NCBI GenBank assembly: GCA_046350905.1
Contig: JAXLZN010000001.1
Coordinates: forward strand, 1,220 to 65,219
Direction: 5' to 3'
DNA length: 64,000 nucleotides
Origin: Candidatus Anderseniibacteriota bacterium
Lineage (GTDB): Bacteria; Patescibacteriota; JAUYIX01
Positions 29,548 to 39,796 of this stretch are shown here, piece after piece. Both the position numbers and the translations under genes were made by a program. The stretch's first letter is position 1. Every line of letters begins with the position of its first letter. The notes below the pieces were generated by a model. That model was given only the letters and a program-made list of their open reading frames with translations, was not told the DNA's origin and ran no database searches.

Positions 29548-30063
29548 CTAGGCCGACTGCAGCAGCAACCCGATCGCCACACCGAGGCCGGTCGCGATCC
29601 CGCCCACCAGCACCATCTTGAGGACGTGCCGCAGCGGCTTGGTGTGCGAGAACCGGGCCCCAAGCAGGCCGAGGCCGGCTAGGGCGACGAGCGAGACGAC
29701 GATCGAGACGTAGAGGGCGGTCTGCGCCGGGAGGAGCAGGTAGGGCACCACGGGGATCAGGCCAGTTCCGAGGTACGAGACAAACATGATCAGCCCGTCG
29801 AGCAGCGGCCGGCGGGTGGGGCTGACTGCACCGCGTTCGTAGGCCTCCGCCTCGGACTCCGACAGAAAGCTGCCGGCGGCCATGGAGAAGGCCTCGACGA
29901 CCGTGTAGATCAGTCCGGTCACGAGGATTTGGTTGCGGTCGGGTGCTGCAGCAGCGACCCCGGCGAGCAGCCCGACGGTCGAGACCAGGCTGTCTTCGAC
30001 GCCAAAGATAAAGCTGCGGAGGTACGAGGCGCGGGCGTGGCGTTGGTCGGATGGTGCGGGCAT
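29548..30063 (-). CDS. VIT1/CCC1-family iron/manganese transporter (short form)
   Basis: FGVEDSLVSTVGLLAGVAAA and EAFSMAAGSFLSE, with five TM segments. Confidence 0.7.
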   Translation of the reverse strand: MPAPSDQRHARASYLRSFIFGVEDSLVSTVGLLAGVAAAAPDRNQILVTGLIYTVVEAFSMAAGSFLSESEAEAYERGAVSPTRRPLLDGLIMFVSYLGTGLIPVVPYLLLPAQTALYVSIVVSLVALAGLGLLGARFSHTKPLRHVLKMVLVGGIATGLGVAIGLLLQSA

Positions 30064-30818
30064 CAGGGTTGCTCGTGCTTGCTGACGGCGGCGTGGTAGC
30101 GGCAGTAGTCGCAGCTGGCGCCCGCCTCGGGGAGGCTGTCGGCGGCGAGCGTGTCGCGCAGCGCGGTGAGGGTTCGCTCGATCCAGTCGTCCGTGCCGGT
30201 GTAGGGAATCACGTGCACCTCAAACTCGAGCCGGGCGTCAAAGGCCTCGCGGTCGGTCTTGCCGTTGCAGTAGACAAAGTAGCCGGTCGGCGACACGGCG
30301 AACTTATTGCGGCGCAGCAGCCACTGGTAGACCTCCATCTGCCGCTTGTAGCCATCCTGCCAGGGCGCGTCGAGGCTGATGGGCGAAGTCTTGCTGGTGG
30401 CCTTGTAGTCGACCACGATCAGCTCGCCAGCGGGGTTCTTCCAGACGTCGTCGATCGCACCCGTCACGAGCAGGTTGGTGGGCGCGTGGAGGTACTGCAC
30501 GCCGACAAAGTTCTCGCGCCAGTCGTTGAGCTTTTCGTGGTAGTAGGGCACCGCGTCGATGCCGTAGCGCTCCATGAGCGGGTGCTTGGTCTGGGCAGTG
30601 CGGTGGATGTCGAACTCCTTCTTGAGCAGCTTGTCGACTGCGCTGTTGAGGTTGAACGGAAAACCCGGCGGCCGCGAGGTACCGAGCCGCATGTCGAGGT
30701 AGGCGCAGCGCGGGCACTCCACAAAGAGGTCGATCTTGCTGCGGCTGACCTTGAAGGGCTCGCGGCTCTGCGGGTCAAAGCGCCGGACAGCGCGGTTGGG
30801 CTTGTAGTAATCAGACAT
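30063..30818 (-). CDS. PD-(D/E)XK nuclease-fold protein with CxxC...CxxC cysteines (Cas4/AddB-like)
   Basis: ECPRCAYL, GAIDDVW, LIVVDYKAT, QMEVYQWL and a C-terminal CDYCRY. Start reset to MSDYYK (ATG 30818). Confidence 0.65.
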   Translation of the reverse strand: MSDYYKPNRAVRRFDPQSREPFKVSRSKIDLFVECPRCAYLDMRLGTSRPPGFPFNLNSAVDKLLKKEFDIHRTAQTKHPLMERYGIDAVPYYHEKLNDWRENFVGVQYLHAPTNLLVTGAIDDVWKNPAGELIVVDYKATSKTSPISLDAPWQDGYKRQMEVYQWLLRRNKFAVSPTGYFVYCNGKTDREAFDARLEFEVHVIPYTGTDDWIERTLTALRDTLAADSLPEAGASCDYCRYHAAVSKHEQP

Positions 30819-30829
30819 GCTCGCGCATC

Positions 30830-31483
30830 CTAGCCCGCGCGGCGAACCTCCGCCACGATCGAACGCGACGTGCCGAGGCGGCTGAGGGTGGGGACCGGTA
30901 GGTGTGCTGCGGCAAGGCCTGGCGCACCTGCTCGGACGTAAAGCAGCCGGGCGTGCCACCACCGGCCGACGAGCCAGGCCGTCAACGGGGTCTGCTGCGT
31001 CACAGAAACGACCAGCCGGCCATGGGGGGCGAGCCGGGCGTAGAGGTTAGCCAGGGCGGTCGGGACCTGCTCAGGAGCAACGTGCTCGAGCGCGTAGCCA
31101 CACACGATCAGGTCAAAGTTGCGCCAGTCGGCCGGGAGCGCGGTGGCCACAGGTGCACTGGCGGCAACCAGGTCGCCCCGCCGGACCTGCACTGTGGTGA
31201 GGTGCTGCGTGTCAACCCAGGTCTGCAGCTTGTCGACCTGCCGCTGCGAGATGTCAAAAGCGTGCAGGGTGATCTCAACGTTTTGCTCACGAGCGAGTTC
31301 AACGAGCGCCTTGGTAAACGTACCGGGGCCGCAGGCCGCGTCCAGCACCCGCAGGCCAGCTCGGAGCTGGACGTGCTGCGCGCACCAGCGGCGAACCCGC
31401 GCACCAAACCCGAGCAGCCGAACAAAAAAACCTTCGTAGAGGTTGGCGCGCCTGTCGTAGAGCTCGGCGGCAGCCTGGCTCAC
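30830..31483 (-). CDS. class I SAM-dependent methyltransferase
   Basis: Motif I RVLDAACGPGTF and FDLIVCGYALEHV. It overlaps the msrB stop by 4 nt. Confidence 0.7.
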   Translation of the reverse strand: MSQAAAELYDRRANLYEGFFVRLLGFGARVRRWCAQHVQLRAGLRVLDAACGPGTFTKALVELAREQNVEITLHAFDISQRQVDKLQTWVDTQHLTTVQVRRGDLVAASAPVATALPADWRNFDLIVCGYALEHVAPEQVPTALANLYARLAPHGRLVVSVTQQTPLTAWLVGRWWHARLLYVRAGAPGLAAAHLPVPTLSRLGTSRSIVAEVRRAG

Positions 31484-31851
31484 TTTTTCTTGAGCAGGAG
31501 GCAGACTGAGTTGATGCAGTAGCGCTGGCCGCCCTTGTCGCTCGGCCCGTCGTCAAAGACGTGGCCGAGGTGCGCGCCGCAGTTCTTGCAGATCACCTCG
31601 GTGCGGCGCACACCGCCGCTCGTGTCCTCCTTGAGGAGGATGTTCTTGCGGTTGGCGGGTTCGGTAAAGCTCGGCCAGCCGGTGCCTGAGTCAAACTTAG
31701 TGTCGGAAGAGAACAGCTCGTTGCCGCAGACCGCGCAGACGTACATGCCCTTTTCTGTGGTGTGCACGTACTTGCCCGAAAATGGCGCTTCGGTCCCCTT
31801 TTGGCGGGCGACCTGGTACAGCTCAGGTGAGAGTTCTCGATCTTTTTTCAT
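31480..31851 (-). CDS. msrB: peptide-methionine (R)-S-oxide reductase
   Basis: CAVCGNELFSSDTKFDSGTGWPSF and RTEVICKNCGAHLGHVFDDGP. Confidence 0.9.
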   Translation of the reverse strand: MKKDRELSPELYQVARQKGTEAPFSGKYVHTTEKGMYVCAVCGNELFSSDTKFDSGTGWPSFTEPANRKNILLKEDTSGGVRRTEVICKNCGAHLGHVFDDGPSDKGGQRYCINSVCLLLKKK

Positions 31852-32357
31852 GGGCGTTTGTGAGGGTGGACTGCCGCCTCGAGCTGACGAACACGCTCTT
31901 TGAGCTCAACCATCTTGAGCTCGCGGCCGACGGTCAGCCGGTTAAACTTTTCGAGCTCCTGCGTGCGCTCGCGGGCCGCCTGCTCAGCATTCTTTCGTGT
32001 GGTGATGTTATCAAAGACAGCCACAAAGTAGCCACGCTGCGGACTGTAGACCGAGAGGTCGAACCACATCGCGAACGGCTTAAAGAAGAGCTCCGTTCGC
32101 TCAGGTCTACCGGTGCTGGCCACGCGTCCGTAGAGCGTAAAGAGGTCGGGCTGCTCGGCGCGAATGCTGGGGATCACCGTCGTGACAGCTTTACCCACAA
32201 CGTCGTGCAGACCCGTCAGCCTCCCAAAGGCTGGGTTAACCGCGAGGTACGTAAAGTCAACCGGGGCCCCGTCCGGCCCGTACTCCATCTTGCAGTACGC
32301 AAAGCCGTTGAGCATGTGCTCAAAGAGTAGCTTGTAATCGAGCGTGAGCGACGCCAT
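31848..32357 (-). CDS. PAS domain protein with C-terminal coiled coil
   Basis: LFEHMLNGFAYCKMEYGPDGAPVDFTYLAVNPAFGRLTGL is PAS-fold. The tail is heptad-like. It overlaps the msrB start by 4 nt. Confidence 0.65.
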   Translation of the reverse strand: MASLTLDYKLLFEHMLNGFAYCKMEYGPDGAPVDFTYLAVNPAFGRLTGLHDVVGKAVTTVIPSIRAEQPDLFTLYGRVASTGRPERTELFFKPFAMWFDLSVYSPQRGYFVAVFDNITTRKNAEQAARERTQELEKFNRLTVGRELKMVELKERVRQLEAAVHPHKRP

Positions 32358-32390
32358 CGGGGCGACCTAAGCGTACCACGGGGCGTGCCG

Positions 32391-32480
32391 TGGCGGAGGG
32401 AGTGGGATTCGAACCCACGGTACTATTTCTAGTACACGGTCTTTCCAGGACCGCCGTTTCAACCACTCACGCATCCCTCC
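32391..32480 (-). tRNA. tRNA-Ser(GGA), CCA encoded
   Basis: Minus strand: GGAGGGA TG ... CGGTC CTGGAAA GACCG, a long variable arm TGTACTAGAAATAGTACC, T arm GTGGG TTCGAAT CCCAC, then TCCCTCC G CCA. Confidence 0.9.
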
Positions 32481-32562
32481 ACAGCTAACGACTGGCGCGG
32501 CGAATCTAGCACGGCTACATTCGCCCCTGCCACTACAGAGTCGATGCCCTCCGCAGCTGGGG

Positions 32563-32571
32563 TGCTAGACT
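32563..32571 (+). promoter_or_regulatory. extended -10 TGCTAGACT; predicts a leaderless mRNA
   Basis: TGCTAGACT ends 7 nt before ATG 32579, and there is no SD. Confidence 0.35.
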
Positions 32572-32578
32572 GGGCGGC

Positions 32579-33505
32579 ATGCCAGCTTCCCCGCACAAGA
32601 CCCTCTGGGTCATCCTCGTCGCCAGCTTTTTGCTCTTCTTGGCCGTAGCTGCGTTCGTGTTCCGAGCGGACATCGCCTCGTTCATCTTTGGGCGCCAACC
32701 GGTGCAGCGGTCCTCCACTGCGGCCGACACGGCGCAAACCACGCTGATTGCTGCCGGCGACCCCGCGGCACGCTGCACCTACGTGGTCGATGCGCGGGGG
32801 TTCAACGTCACGCGCGTCTCAAACGGACAAACGCAGACCCAGCGCTACACGTACCTCAAAACCTACGGCAGCGTTCCGCTGCGCGACGTGCCGCTGCCGC
32901 AGCAGGATCGGATGTTCGTCAACGGGGACCACATCGACGTGTACGATTGCCAGGTGGGCGAGTACAACCCGCGCCGCACATCGGTCGGGTTTACCGTCAA
33001 CGGCACGTCCGGCGATTCGGTCAAGGACCTGGTGGTCAGCAACGACGGCACCAACAGCTACGTGACCGTGCTCAACAAAACCACCGCCGGCGGCACCGAC
33101 CGCCTGTGCTGGTACGACGCGGCGCGGTTCTTGTGGAACCCTGGCCTGTCCGCCTGCGACTTTGTGACCGGCAAGATCGGGGATGCAACCACGCTCGTCA
33201 CCGGTCAGGGTCAGTCGCACTTCTTCTTGACCAAAGACGTGCAAGGTCGTGCCGCAGCGCTCGGCACGTTCAACTTTCGCCCCGGGCACACCTCGCTCAA
33301 CGAATTCAACACGCAGCGACAGCTGCATACCCCCAACGGGAACTTTAGCCAGCAGCCCGCGTTTGTGAGCGCATCAAAAATCCAGTGGCGTGAGAGCAAC
33401 GAACGTGGGTACGTCTTTTCCTTTGACTTTGCTTGCAACCCCAGGTCGACCAAGCCAGGGGGCGCTGACACCTGCGACATCAAGCGAACCCGGCAGCCTA
33501 GCTGA
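32579..33505 (+). CDS. membrane-anchored secreted hypothetical protein
   Basis: 308 aa with N-terminal TM LWVILVASFLLFLAVAAFVF and six Cys in the ectodomain. No family recognised. Confidence 0.55.
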   Translation: MPASPHKTLWVILVASFLLFLAVAAFVFRADIASFIFGRQPVQRSSTAADTAQTTLIAAGDPAARCTYVVDARGFNVTRVSNGQTQTQRYTYLKTYGSVPLRDVPLPQQDRMFVNGDHIDVYDCQVGEYNPRRTSVGFTVNGTSGDSVKDLVVSNDGTNSYVTVLNKTTAGGTDRLCWYDAARFLWNPGLSACDFVTGKIGDATTLVTGQGQSHFFLTKDVQGRAAALGTFNFRPGHTSLNEFNTQRQLHTPNGNFSQQPAFVSASKIQWRESNERGYVFSFDFACNPRSTKPGGADTCDIKRTRQPS

Positions 33506-33514
33506 GCGAAGCAT

Positions 33515-33545
33515 GAACAGGGCGCTCCCCGTGAGCGCCCTGTTC
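33515..33545. terminator. bidirectional intrinsic terminator
   Basis: Perfect 13-bp stem GAACAGGGCGCTC / GAGCGCCCTGTTC with a 5-nt loop. It lies between convergent 32579..33505 and groEL. Confidence 0.7.
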
Positions 33546-33577
33546 CCGTCTGCCGGTTCTGTCGAAGTGGCGACGGG

Positions 33578-35538
<1,961 letters not shown>

Positions 35539-35756
35539 GTGGTTTGTAGTTACTGCTAAATCGAGGCGAACCTCAACGGTTTTCCTCCCTCTCGAGAAGA
35601 GCAGCAGCGAGCGGGTTGCGAGTCGCAGGCGGGCACCCCTGGTGCTGCCTGCTCAGAGCCATGTTCGCGCCTGGTGTAGCTCGGTTGGTCCCCGAACCCC
35701 GCCAGGCGGGCGCAACGCACGTCCAGCTACAGCCGAAAGAACGCCTCGCGCGGAGG

Positions 35757-35783
35757 CTAGCACTCCCCCGGTGAGAGTGACAA
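35757..35783. promoter_or_regulatory. CIRCE (HrcA operator) element
   Basis: cTAGCACTC-ccccggtga-GAGTGacAA against the consensus TTAGCACTC-N9-GAGTGCTAA. It lies about 220 nt upstream of the groES start. Confidence 0.6.
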
Positions 35784-35802
35784 GTCCGGGGCAAACGGCG
35801 GC

Positions 35803-36555
35803 CTAGCTCGTGGGCAGGTCGTAGCGGTGCGTCCAACGGACGCTACCGTCCTCGCCGTAGACCGTCAGGTCCGCGTAGCGTGTGTAGAGTTCGAGCTTAC
35901 CAAAGTGGTAGTCCGAGAACGCGTGCAAGGACTGCGCGCTAGCAGCGATGGGTCGCAGCTGCGAGGCCCCTCCGCTGATGATGTAGTTGATCCCGCTGGC
36001 TTGCGGCACGATGGCCTCAAAGTCGTGGTCGTGCCCCGAGAGGTAGAAGTTGACACCGAGCTGCTCGAGCGCAGGTCGCACCTGAGCATCCATCCAGGGT
36101 TCGTCGTTGTTGAGCCCGTGCGTGCCTGACGAGTAGACCGGGTGGTGGCCAAAGGCGACGCGGTGCAGCAGGGTGACGTCGTTAGCGCAGCCAGAGCTGA
36201 CGGCGGCGAGCTGCGTCGCATCCACGTCAGCTTGGTTGGTGTCGAGGCCGAGGAGGCAGGTTCGCTCCAGGTGACGTTCGTAGTAACGCGCGGGCTGGAC
36301 CCAGTACGGGTGGGTCGTCGCGTAGTCGAGCTCGGGCTGGCCGTTGCTGGTCAGGACGTCGTGGTTGCCCAGCACCACGTAGAAGCTGTGGGTTGCGGTG
36401 AGAGCGGCAAAGGGCTGCTCGTAGAGCGTGGCAAAGGCCGGGTCGTTGGCCGAGGCGGCGCCCGTGGGGTAGACGTTGTCACCGAGCACGAGCAGGCCGT
36501 CGACGTCCTCAGCCTGCGCGCGGGCCACGATCTGCGCAGCGGCGTCGTGGTGCAC
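35803..36555 (-). CDS. calcineurin-like metallophosphoesterase domain (probably the C-terminal half of a CWB2 fusion)
   Basis: GDNVYP, VLGNHD, GHHPVYSSG and LSGHDHDFE. Motif 1 (FGDAGESN) lies just upstream in the same frame, immediately after an in-frame stop. Confidence 0.75.
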   Translation of the reverse strand: MHHDAAAQIVARAQAEDVDGLLVLGDNVYPTGAASANDPAFATLYEQPFAALTATHSFYVVLGNHDVLTSNGQPELDYATTHPYWVQPARYYERHLERTCLLGLDTNQADVDATQLAAVSSGCANDVTLLHRVAFGHHPVYSSGTHGLNNDEPWMDAQVRPALEQLGVNFYLSGHDHDFEAIVPQASGINYIISGGASQLRPIAASAQSLHAFSDYHFGKLELYTRYADLTVYGEDGSVRWTHRYDLPTS

Positions 36556-36571
36556 GTTAGATTCGCCTGCA

Positions 36572-37642
36572 TCACCAAAAAGACCAGCGTGTCGGGCTCA
36601 AAGGATCCGTTGACCTCGGCCGCGCTGCGGCACTGACCGCAGCCGTGCCGCCGTACAAAAACCCGTCGTTGATCGGGCCCGGATTGGCTTCTAGGTAGGC
36701 ACGAACGCTGTCCGGCACGCGCGCGTCGAGCAGGAGCAGCGGAGCGTCGTGGGCAGCCGCGTGCGCGCTCCCGGCCAGGGCGTCGGCAAAGGTGCGCCCA
36801 CTCGCAAACGTTACGGTGCAGGGCGTCGCTCCGACCAGTCCGTTGGCGATGGCTACGCTGGTTGCGTAGCGGTCAGCACCCGCCCAGCGTTTGAGGTTGC
36901 CGGTGGGTACAAATCCCGCCAGCTGGCTCGCCACGCGGCTGCTCACCGCTGCGGTACCACCCGCCAGGTTGATGCGCTGCACCGATCGGTGCTGCTCGAG
37001 GTAGGTCTGGGGTGGCGTGGTGAGGGCGGCGTGCTGCACGAGCAGCAGCGGGTAGCGGTCGTGGGCAGCCGGGGCCGAGAGCGCCAGTGCATCAGCAAAC
37101 ACCTCGCCGCTCGCAATGCCGACGGTGGTGGGCTGCCCAAAGCGTGCTGCCACGGCTGCAGCCGTCATGTAGCGATCGTCGCCGCTGAGCCGCACCACGC
37201 TGTACCCATCGCTGCCGACGGTAGCTGCCACCGCCGCGGAGAGCGCCTGCTCACCGCCGAGCAGGTACACCTTTTTGCCGCTCGGCAGCACCCGCTGCAC
37301 CTCGCTGCGCGTCACCGAATTGAGCGAACCCGTCTCGGTCAGCAGCAGCGGTCCCGCGACCAAGCGGCTGAGCGGCCCGCCGACCAGCCCGTCGGCAAAG
37401 CCGTTGCGGCGCGCGATGACCACAGCGCCGGCGCTGCCATCAGCAAACGCAGCCGCACTGATGGCCACCGCGGTAGCCACACGGTCATTGCCGGCGAGCC
37501 GCACGAGCTGCCCCGGGTTGGTCGAGGTACCGGTGCACGCAGCGGATGCGGCCGAGGTTGGCAGTACTGCTGCGCAGACACCGCCGAGCACCGCAACGGC
37601 GAGGGCGCCGTGCAGTACCGAGCTACGTGCTACGCGGACCAC
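36572..37642 (-). CDS. secreted triple CWB2 domain protein (probable N-terminal half of the phosphoesterase)
   Basis: Signal peptide, then AGNDRVATAVAIS..NGFADGLVGGPLSRLVAGPLLLT, SGDDRYMTAAAVA..VFADALALSAPAA..PLLLV and AGADRYATSVAIA..TFADALAGSAHAAAHDAPLLLL. Confidence 0.75.
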   Translation of the reverse strand: MVRVARSSVLHGALAVAVLGGVCAAVLPTSAASAACTGTSTNPGQLVRLAGNDRVATAVAISAAAFADGSAGAVVIARRNGFADGLVGGPLSRLVAGPLLLTETGSLNSVTRSEVQRVLPSGKKVYLLGGEQALSAAVAATVGSDGYSVVRLSGDDRYMTAAAVAARFGQPTTVGIASGEVFADALALSAPAAHDRYPLLLVQHAALTTPPQTYLEQHRSVQRINLAGGTAAVSSRVASQLAGFVPTGNLKRWAGADRYATSVAIANGLVGATPCTVTFASGRTFADALAGSAHAAAHDAPLLLLDARVPDSVRAYLEANPGPINDGFLYGGTAAVSAAARPRSTDPLSPTRWSFW

Positions 37643-39120
37643 TACTCTGTCCAGCCCAGGACGCTCTGCCCGAGCAAGTCCTTGCTCGAGAGCTCTGTCG
37701 TGTCGTTGGCGTTCGCTTCGGTCGAGTCGAACGGCAACGAGAACACCTTGCTGGCCGTGTCGCTCACCAAGCTAAAAACTACGTTGCTGAGGTCGGGTTG
37801 CACCAGCAGCGGGGTAAGGTCAGCTGACGGCACGAGGCTGTCGAGCTGGTCCACGTCGATGAGCTGGTTGCGATCGCCAGAGTCCTTGATCGTGATCGAC
37901 CAGAGGCCTGACGCCGCAGCGTAGAGTACGTTCTTACCGTTGGGCGTAAAGGTGGGAGACGTGTAGCGCTCGGTCGGGCTGCTGCGCAGCTGCGTGGTGT
38001 CGTTGGTCTCACGGTCAAACAGCTCGAGCATAAAGGGCCCGGTTGCCGCGGAGTCGATGCGGCTGCCGGTGCCACGAGCCAGCACCACCATCGTGCCGTC
38101 GGGGGCAACGTCCATGCCGCGCAACCCAGGCGGCAGGTCCAGCAGCTTTTCAAAGTCACCGTCGAGAGCACCGCTCTTGCCGAGCTTGAGCACGCCGAGC
38201 GTACCTACGTCATCCGTACCAACTTTTTGACGAACCACGAACAGCTCACCATCGCGAACCGCCACCACCAGCAACCCGTTGCGGTCGACCGACTCGCCAG
38301 GTCGATCAAAACGCTGGCTCTCACCGGTTGGTACGTCGTACGCCACGAGCGTCGTGGCTACGTCAGCCTTTTTGGAGGTAGTGTCACCGTTAGTCTCAAA
38401 CTCGCCCCAGATTAACGTCTTGGAGTCCGGAGACCAGACGAGCTGTCCGACCAGCTGCGGGTTGTCGGCAATCTGTTCGAGCGTGCCCCCGTCGGTCAGG
38501 TCCACCAGCCAGACGTGCGCCTTGCCCTCGTCGCCTTTCTTGGGGCTCGATCCCGGCTGCTCAACCACCGCAGCGAACTGCCCGTTGGGCGAGACTACGC
38601 CGGTGATCGCAGTGCTCGGCTCTCTACGGTCGAGCGTGGCGAGCGTCTGCTCACGCGGGTTGGCACTCGCGAGGTCGGAGGTCACGAGCGTGAGCGGGCC
38701 GGTAAAGCGTAGATCGCCCGAGTCACCGAGCGGGTCATCGTAGCGTGCAAAGACGAGCTTGGTCAGGTTCTCAGTCGTCGGCGTGGGATTGACGGTGTGG
38801 CCCTTGGAGGACGGCGAGGTTTGGTTGGTAGCGTTGTTGGCACCCGCGTTGCTCGCTTGCGGCGCGGTCGGCTGCATGCGCTGGCTGAACATGACGTACG
38901 CCACCACGCCGACGCCGAGCAGGACGACCGCACCAAGGCTTATCCCCACCACCCACGGCCACCGTGGGGCTTTTTTAGCCACCTCGACCGGACGGACCAC
39001 GTCGGGCGAACGCTTGATTTCCATGCCGGCATGGTACCACGCAGCTCGATGCAGGACCGCCTGGAGACGTGAAAGAAGGGTGGCCGGATGGCTACCCCTC
39101 TTTCTGATAGTGACGCGCAC
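37642..39120 (-). CDS. membrane-anchored TolB/PD40-like beta-propeller protein
   Basis: TM anchor WVVGISLGAVVLLGVGVVAYVMF. Repeated SP(D/N)G-type blades (VSPNGQFAAVV, WSPDSKTLIW, VAPDGTMVV, FTPNGKNVLY). Confidence 0.6.
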   Translation of the reverse strand: MRVTIRKRGSHPATLLSRLQAVLHRAAWYHAGMEIKRSPDVVRPVEVAKKAPRWPWVVGISLGAVVLLGVGVVAYVMFSQRMQPTAPQASNAGANNATNQTSPSSKGHTVNPTPTTENLTKLVFARYDDPLGDSGDLRFTGPLTLVTSDLASANPREQTLATLDRREPSTAITGVVSPNGQFAAVVEQPGSSPKKGDEGKAHVWLVDLTDGGTLEQIADNPQLVGQLVWSPDSKTLIWGEFETNGDTTSKKADVATTLVAYDVPTGESQRFDRPGESVDRNGLLVVAVRDGELFVVRQKVGTDDVGTLGVLKLGKSGALDGDFEKLLDLPPGLRGMDVAPDGTMVVLARGTGSRIDSAATGPFMLELFDRETNDTTQLRSSPTERYTSPTFTPNGKNVLYAAASGLWSITIKDSGDRNQLIDVDQLDSLVPSADLTPLLVQPDLSNVVFSLVSDTASKVFSLPFDSTEANANDTTELSSKDLLGQSVLGWTE

Positions 39121-39143
39121 GGGCGTCGGTTGCTGTCAGTTGC

Positions 39144-39344
39144 TTACGTTTCGTAGTCGAGCTCGTCGCTCGCCGGGTGTGACCGGTTGATGCGGTTGAG
39201 CTGCGCCTGCGAAAACTGTAGGTCCTCAAGCCGTGGCCCCCTCCAGAGCAGCCGGTAGCCGAGGTAGAGAATCGACACCCCCGCCAGGCTGACCAAGATC
39301 AGCGACAGGGCGCCGGTAAAGCTCAGTAGTTCGAGGAGCCTCAT
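39144..39344 (-). CDS. small membrane protein (66 aa)
   Basis: MRLLELLSFTGALSLILVSLAGVSILYLGY.. The start is reset to ATG 39344, which overlaps the upstream stop (ATGA). Confidence 0.4.
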   Translation of the reverse strand: MRLLELLSFTGALSLILVSLAGVSILYLGYRLLWRGPRLEDLQFSQAQLNRINRSHPASDELDYET

Positions 39345-39505
39345 GGGCTCTCCTTTCTCTGGCGTTCGTCCTCGCACTGCACGCAGCGCGGGTCAAAGAC
39401 GACGTTCTCAGTGTGGCGCTGGTGCCGGGTTGCGTAGAAGCACAGCACGGCTATGCCGAGCGTGACCCCACTAAGGATGACGGCGGCAAGCGTCAGGGCC
39501 GTCAC
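39341..39505 (-). CDS. small membrane protein (54 aa, below ORF-track cutoff)
   Basis: My translation: (GTG)TALTLAAVILSGVTLGIAVLCFYATRHQRHTENVVFDPRCVQCEDERQRKESP*. AAAGGAG lies 7 nt upstream. GTGA overlaps the upstream gene and ATGA overlaps the downstream gene. Confidence 0.35.
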   Translation of the reverse strand: MTALTLAAVILSGVTLGIAVLCFYATRHQRHTENVVFDPRCVQCEDERQRKESP

Positions 39506-39726
39506 GGCGTAGTCTCCTTTTGTCCGCTACGGGTGGCGTACCAAACCACGGGCACGCCGGCGGAGCAGACCAGCCCCAGCAAGAGCCACTCTCCAAACCT
39601 GGCTCGAACGTCGTCTGGGCTCCAGACGAAGAAGACGTTGCGGAACAAGGCGGCAATGGTGCCGAGTACCAGCACACCCAGGAAAACCGCTGCGGCACGT
39701 GTGAAGTATCTCTTGAGCACTTTCAC
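39502..39726 (-). CDS. small two-TM membrane protein (74 aa)
   Basis: AAVFLGVLVLGTIAALF and WLLLGLVCSAGVPVVWY are hydrophobic helices. It is first in a coupled trio. Confidence 0.45.
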   Translation of the reverse strand: MKVLKRYFTRAAAVFLGVLVLGTIAALFRNVFFVWSPDDVRARFGEWLLLGLVCSAGVPVVWYATRSGQKETTP

Positions 39727-39796
39727 CTCTCAGTTAACAAGGAATCACGAACGCGGCGCGATCGTTTGCGGCCGCTGGTTCTATAGCATACGGGGG

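Noticed and set aside
35640-35700. A tRNA-like string (GCGCCTGGTGTAGCTCGGTTGGT) and SRP/RNase P-like fragments in the groES leader.
   Set aside because: No anticodon or T arm can be formed. The SRP motif GGAAGGAAGCAGC and the RNase P motif GAGGAAAGTCCGGGC are absent. It is probably just leader sequence.
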